Positions 61,019-64,000 of a stretch of 64,000 nucleotides of DNA are shown one piece after another. Positions within the stretch are counted from its first letter, which is position 1, and each line of letters begins with the position of its first letter. Both the position numbers and the translations under genes were made by a program. The notes beneath the pieces are model-generated. The model did no database searches. It saw only the letters and a program-made list of their open reading frames with translations, and had not been told where the DNA came from. The stretch comes from Somniosus microcephalus (taxonomy: Eukaryota): NCBI GenBank assembly GCA_052327205.1, contig CM126214.1:24490001-24554000 (forward strand), read 5' to 3'.

Positions 61019-62553
61019 GTGGGGGATTTGGCGATGGTAATGCCATTGAATGTCAAGGGGAGGTGGTTAGACTCTTGCTTGCTGGAGATAGTCATTGCCT
61101 GGCACTTGTGTGGCGTGAATGTTACCTGTCACTTATCAGTCCAAACCTGAACGTTGTCCAGGTCTTGTTGCATGCGGGCATGGACTGCTTCATTATCTGA
61201 GGAGTTGTGAATGGCGCTGAACACTGTGCAGACATCAGCGAACATCCCTATTTCTGCCCTTATGTTGGAGGGAAGATCATTGATGAAGCAGCTGAAGATG
61301 GTTGGGCCTAGGACACTGCCCTAAGGAACTCCTGCAATGATGTCCTGGGGCTGTGATGATTGACCTTCAACCACCACAACCATCTTCCTTTGTGCTAGGT
61401 GTGACTCCAGTCAGTGGAGACTTCCCCCCACCCCCCCCCCCCCGATTCCCATTGACTTCAGTTTTACTAGGGCTCCTTGATGCCACACTCGGTGAAATGC
61501 TGCCTTGATGTCACCTCACCTCACCTCTGGAATTCAGCTCCTTTGTCCATGTTTGGACCAAGGCTGTAATGAGGTTGGGAGCCGAGTGGTCTTGGCGGAG
61601 AGTAGACTGATGGGGTGGTAATTATCTGGGTTGCATTTGTCCTGCTTTTTGTGGACAGGACATACCTGGGCAGTTTTCCACATTGTCGGATAGATGCCAG
61701 TGTTGTAGTTGTACTGGAACAGCTTGGCTAGAGGCGCGGCTAGGTCTGGAGCACAAGTTTTCAGCACGATAGCCGGGATGTTGTCGGGGCCCATAGCCTG
61801 TGCTGTATCCAGTGTGCTCAGCCATTTCTTGATATCATGTGGAGTGAATCGAATTGGCTGAAGACTGGCTTCTGTGATGGTGGGGACCTCAGGAGTAGGC
61901 CGATATAGATCGTCCACTCGGCACTTCTGGCTGAAGATGATTGCAAACGCTTCAGCCTTGTCTTTTGCACTCACGTGCTGGGCTCCACAATCATTGAGGG
62001 TGGGGATATTCATGGAGCCTTCTCCTCCCGTTAGTTGTTTAATGGTCCACCACCATTCATGACTGGATGTGGCAGGACTGCAGAGTTTTGATCTGATCCG
62101 TTGATTATGGGATCGCTCAGCCCTGTCTAACATGCTACTTCCGCTTTTTAGCATGCATGTAGTCCTGTGTTGCAGCTTCCCCAGGTTAGCACCTCATTTT
62201 TAGGTATGCCTGGTGCTGCTCCTGGCATGCTCTTCTACACTGCTTATTGAACCAGGGCTGGTCCCCTGGCTTGATGGTAAAGTGAGGGATATGCCAGGCC
62301 ATGAGGTTAAAGATTGTGGTGGAATACAATTCTGCTGCTGCCCGACAGCGCCTCATGGATGCCCAATTTTGAGCTGCTAGATCTGTTCTGAACCTATCCC
62401 ATTTAACACGGTGGTAGTGCCACACAACACAATGGAGGATGCCCTCACTGTGAAGACGGGACTTCGTCTCCGCAATGACTGTGTGGTGGTCACTGCTACC
62501 AATACTGTCATGGACAGATGCATCTGCGACAGGTAGATTGGTGAGGACGAGGT

Positions 62554-62822
62554 GGGGGGGGCACGGTGGCATAGTGGTTAGCACTGTTGCCTCACAGCGC
62601 CAGGGACCCGGGTTCAAATCTGGCCTCGGGCGACTGTCTGTGTGCTCCGGTTTCCTCCCACAGTCCAAAGATGTGCAGGTTAGGTTGATTTGGCTATGAT
62701 AAATTGACCCTCAGTGTTAGGGGATTAAATACGTGGGGTTACGGGGGTAGGGTGGGATATGTGTCGGTGCAGGCTTAATGGGCCGAAATGGCCTCTATCT
62801 GCACTGTAGATTCTGTGATTCT
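62554..62822 (+). mobile_element. tRNA-derived SINE (HE1/V-SINE-like) with a CR1-type tail
   Basis: A box TGGCATAGTGG, B box GGTTCAAATC, central CTCCGGTTTCCTCCCACAGTCCAAAGATGTG, TSD GAGGT. Confidence 0.85.
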
Positions 62823-64000
62823 GAGGTCAAGTAGGTTTTTCCCCTCGTGTTAATTCTCTCACCACCTGTCGCAGGCCCAGACTGGCAGTTATGTCGTTCA
62901 GCAGTGGTGCTACTGAGCCACTCTTGGTGATGGACATTGAAGTCCCCCACCCAGAGTACATTCTGTGCCCTTGCTACTCTCAGTGGTGTTCAACATGGAG
63001 GAGTACTGATTCATTAGCTGAGTGAGGGCGGTAGGTGGTAATCAGCAGGAGGTTTCCTTGCCCATGCTTGACCTGAAGCCATGAGACTTCATGGGGTCCA
63101 GAGTCAATGTTGAGGACCCCCAGGGCCACTCCTTCCCGACTATATACCACTGTGCCACCACCCTGGTGGGTCTGTCCTGCCGGTGGGACAGGACATACTC
63201 AGGGATGGTGATGGAGGAGTTTGGGACATTGGCTGAAAGGTATGATTCTGTGAGTATGACTATCTCAGGCTGTTGCTGGACTAGTCTGTGGGGACAGCTC
63301 TTCCACTTTTGTCACAAGTCCCCAGATGTTGGTGAGGAGGACTTTGCCGGGTCGACTGGGCAGGGTGTGCCGTTCCGAGGTCGATGCCGGGTGGTCCATT
63401 CGGTTTCATTCTTATTGTGTGTCGTAGTAGGTTGGCAGTTAAGAGTCAACCACATTGCTGTGGGTCTGGAGTCACATATAGGCCAGACCAGGTAAGGACA
63501 GCAGATTTACTTCCCAAAAGGGATATTAGTGAATCAGATGGTTTTTTTTGACAATCATGATAGTTTCATGGTTACCATTACTAGCTTTTTATTCCAGATT
63601 TATTTAATTAACTGAATTTAAATTCCCCAGCTGCCATGGTGGGATTTGAACGCACGTCTACTGGATCATTAGTCCAGGCCTCGAGATTACTAGCCCAGTG
63701 ACATTACCACTACACTACCATTCCCTACAGTTGTAGGTGCACATATGTTGCTTTGGCGGAGGATTGGTGAATATGAAGTTTCCTATTCCCCAAGGAAGCT
63801 GGGAGCTGTACCCAATGGCACCATTAAGACACTCGGTATGTGAATATCTGACGTTTGTATATAATTATACACCACAGACGTGTTAAGCACCCACAGTGAT
63901 CCCTTTGGAAAATGCTGAAAGTGACAGGGATGAGCTGGAACTCCAATGGGAAATCTAGGCTGGGGTCACGCACTTTCACTCCCCGCAAAACTGGGCTCTT

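Larger units (their letters stand above)
60103..63722 (-). mobile_element. Near full-length degenerate CR1/L2-group LINE with a tRNA-like 5' head
   Basis: A and B boxes at about 63719-63641; APE start (NIWGL...IVILTE) near 63330; RT upstream motifs (GPDNIP, PVHKK, NYHPISLL); 3' tail GGGCAATAAATGCTGG...CCCACATCCCA. Confidence 0.85.

Noticed and set aside
62554-62630. tRNA gene (also 38330-38395 and 63630-63720)
   Set aside because: A and B boxes are present, but no complete cloverleaf was evident and each continues into a SINE or LINE body.

Overview
Eukaryotic, repeat-rich vertebrate DNA. The repeat families (abundant CR1/L2 LINEs, HE1/V-type and Deu-type SINEs, Penelope-like elements) suggest a cartilaginous fish; this is an inference. 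One complete host gene is on the minus strand: an A20/AN1 zinc-finger gene of the ZFAND5/ZFAND6 family. It has five coding exons (26794-26644, 19086-18966, 17968-17868, 16377-16261, 13589-13441; 639 nt, 212 aa), a CpG-island promoter with a non-coding exon 1 near 41.9-42.1 kb, and probably a multi-kb 3' UTR. A possible terminal exon of a second minus-strand gene lies at about 57.2-58.2 kb. The rest is largely nested transposable elements: a full-length PIF/Harbinger transposon (45902-50225) and Harbinger-type MITEs, Tc1/mariner-type MITEs, CR1, L2, RTE and Rex1-type LINEs, Penelope-like elements, solo LTRs and tRNA-derived SINEs. Most notable: (i) minimal hammerhead-ribozyme motifs in the Penelope-like elements; (ii) a CpG-rich solo LTR in intron 2 that offers an in-frame ATG plus a consensus donor for an A20-less ZFAND isoform; (iii) a LINE with a tRNA-like Pol III head and no ORF1; (iv) a ZFAND protein mixing ZFAND5-like and ZFAND6-like traits. 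All coordinates were read by eye, no searches were run, and comparisons with known proteins and repeats are from memory.
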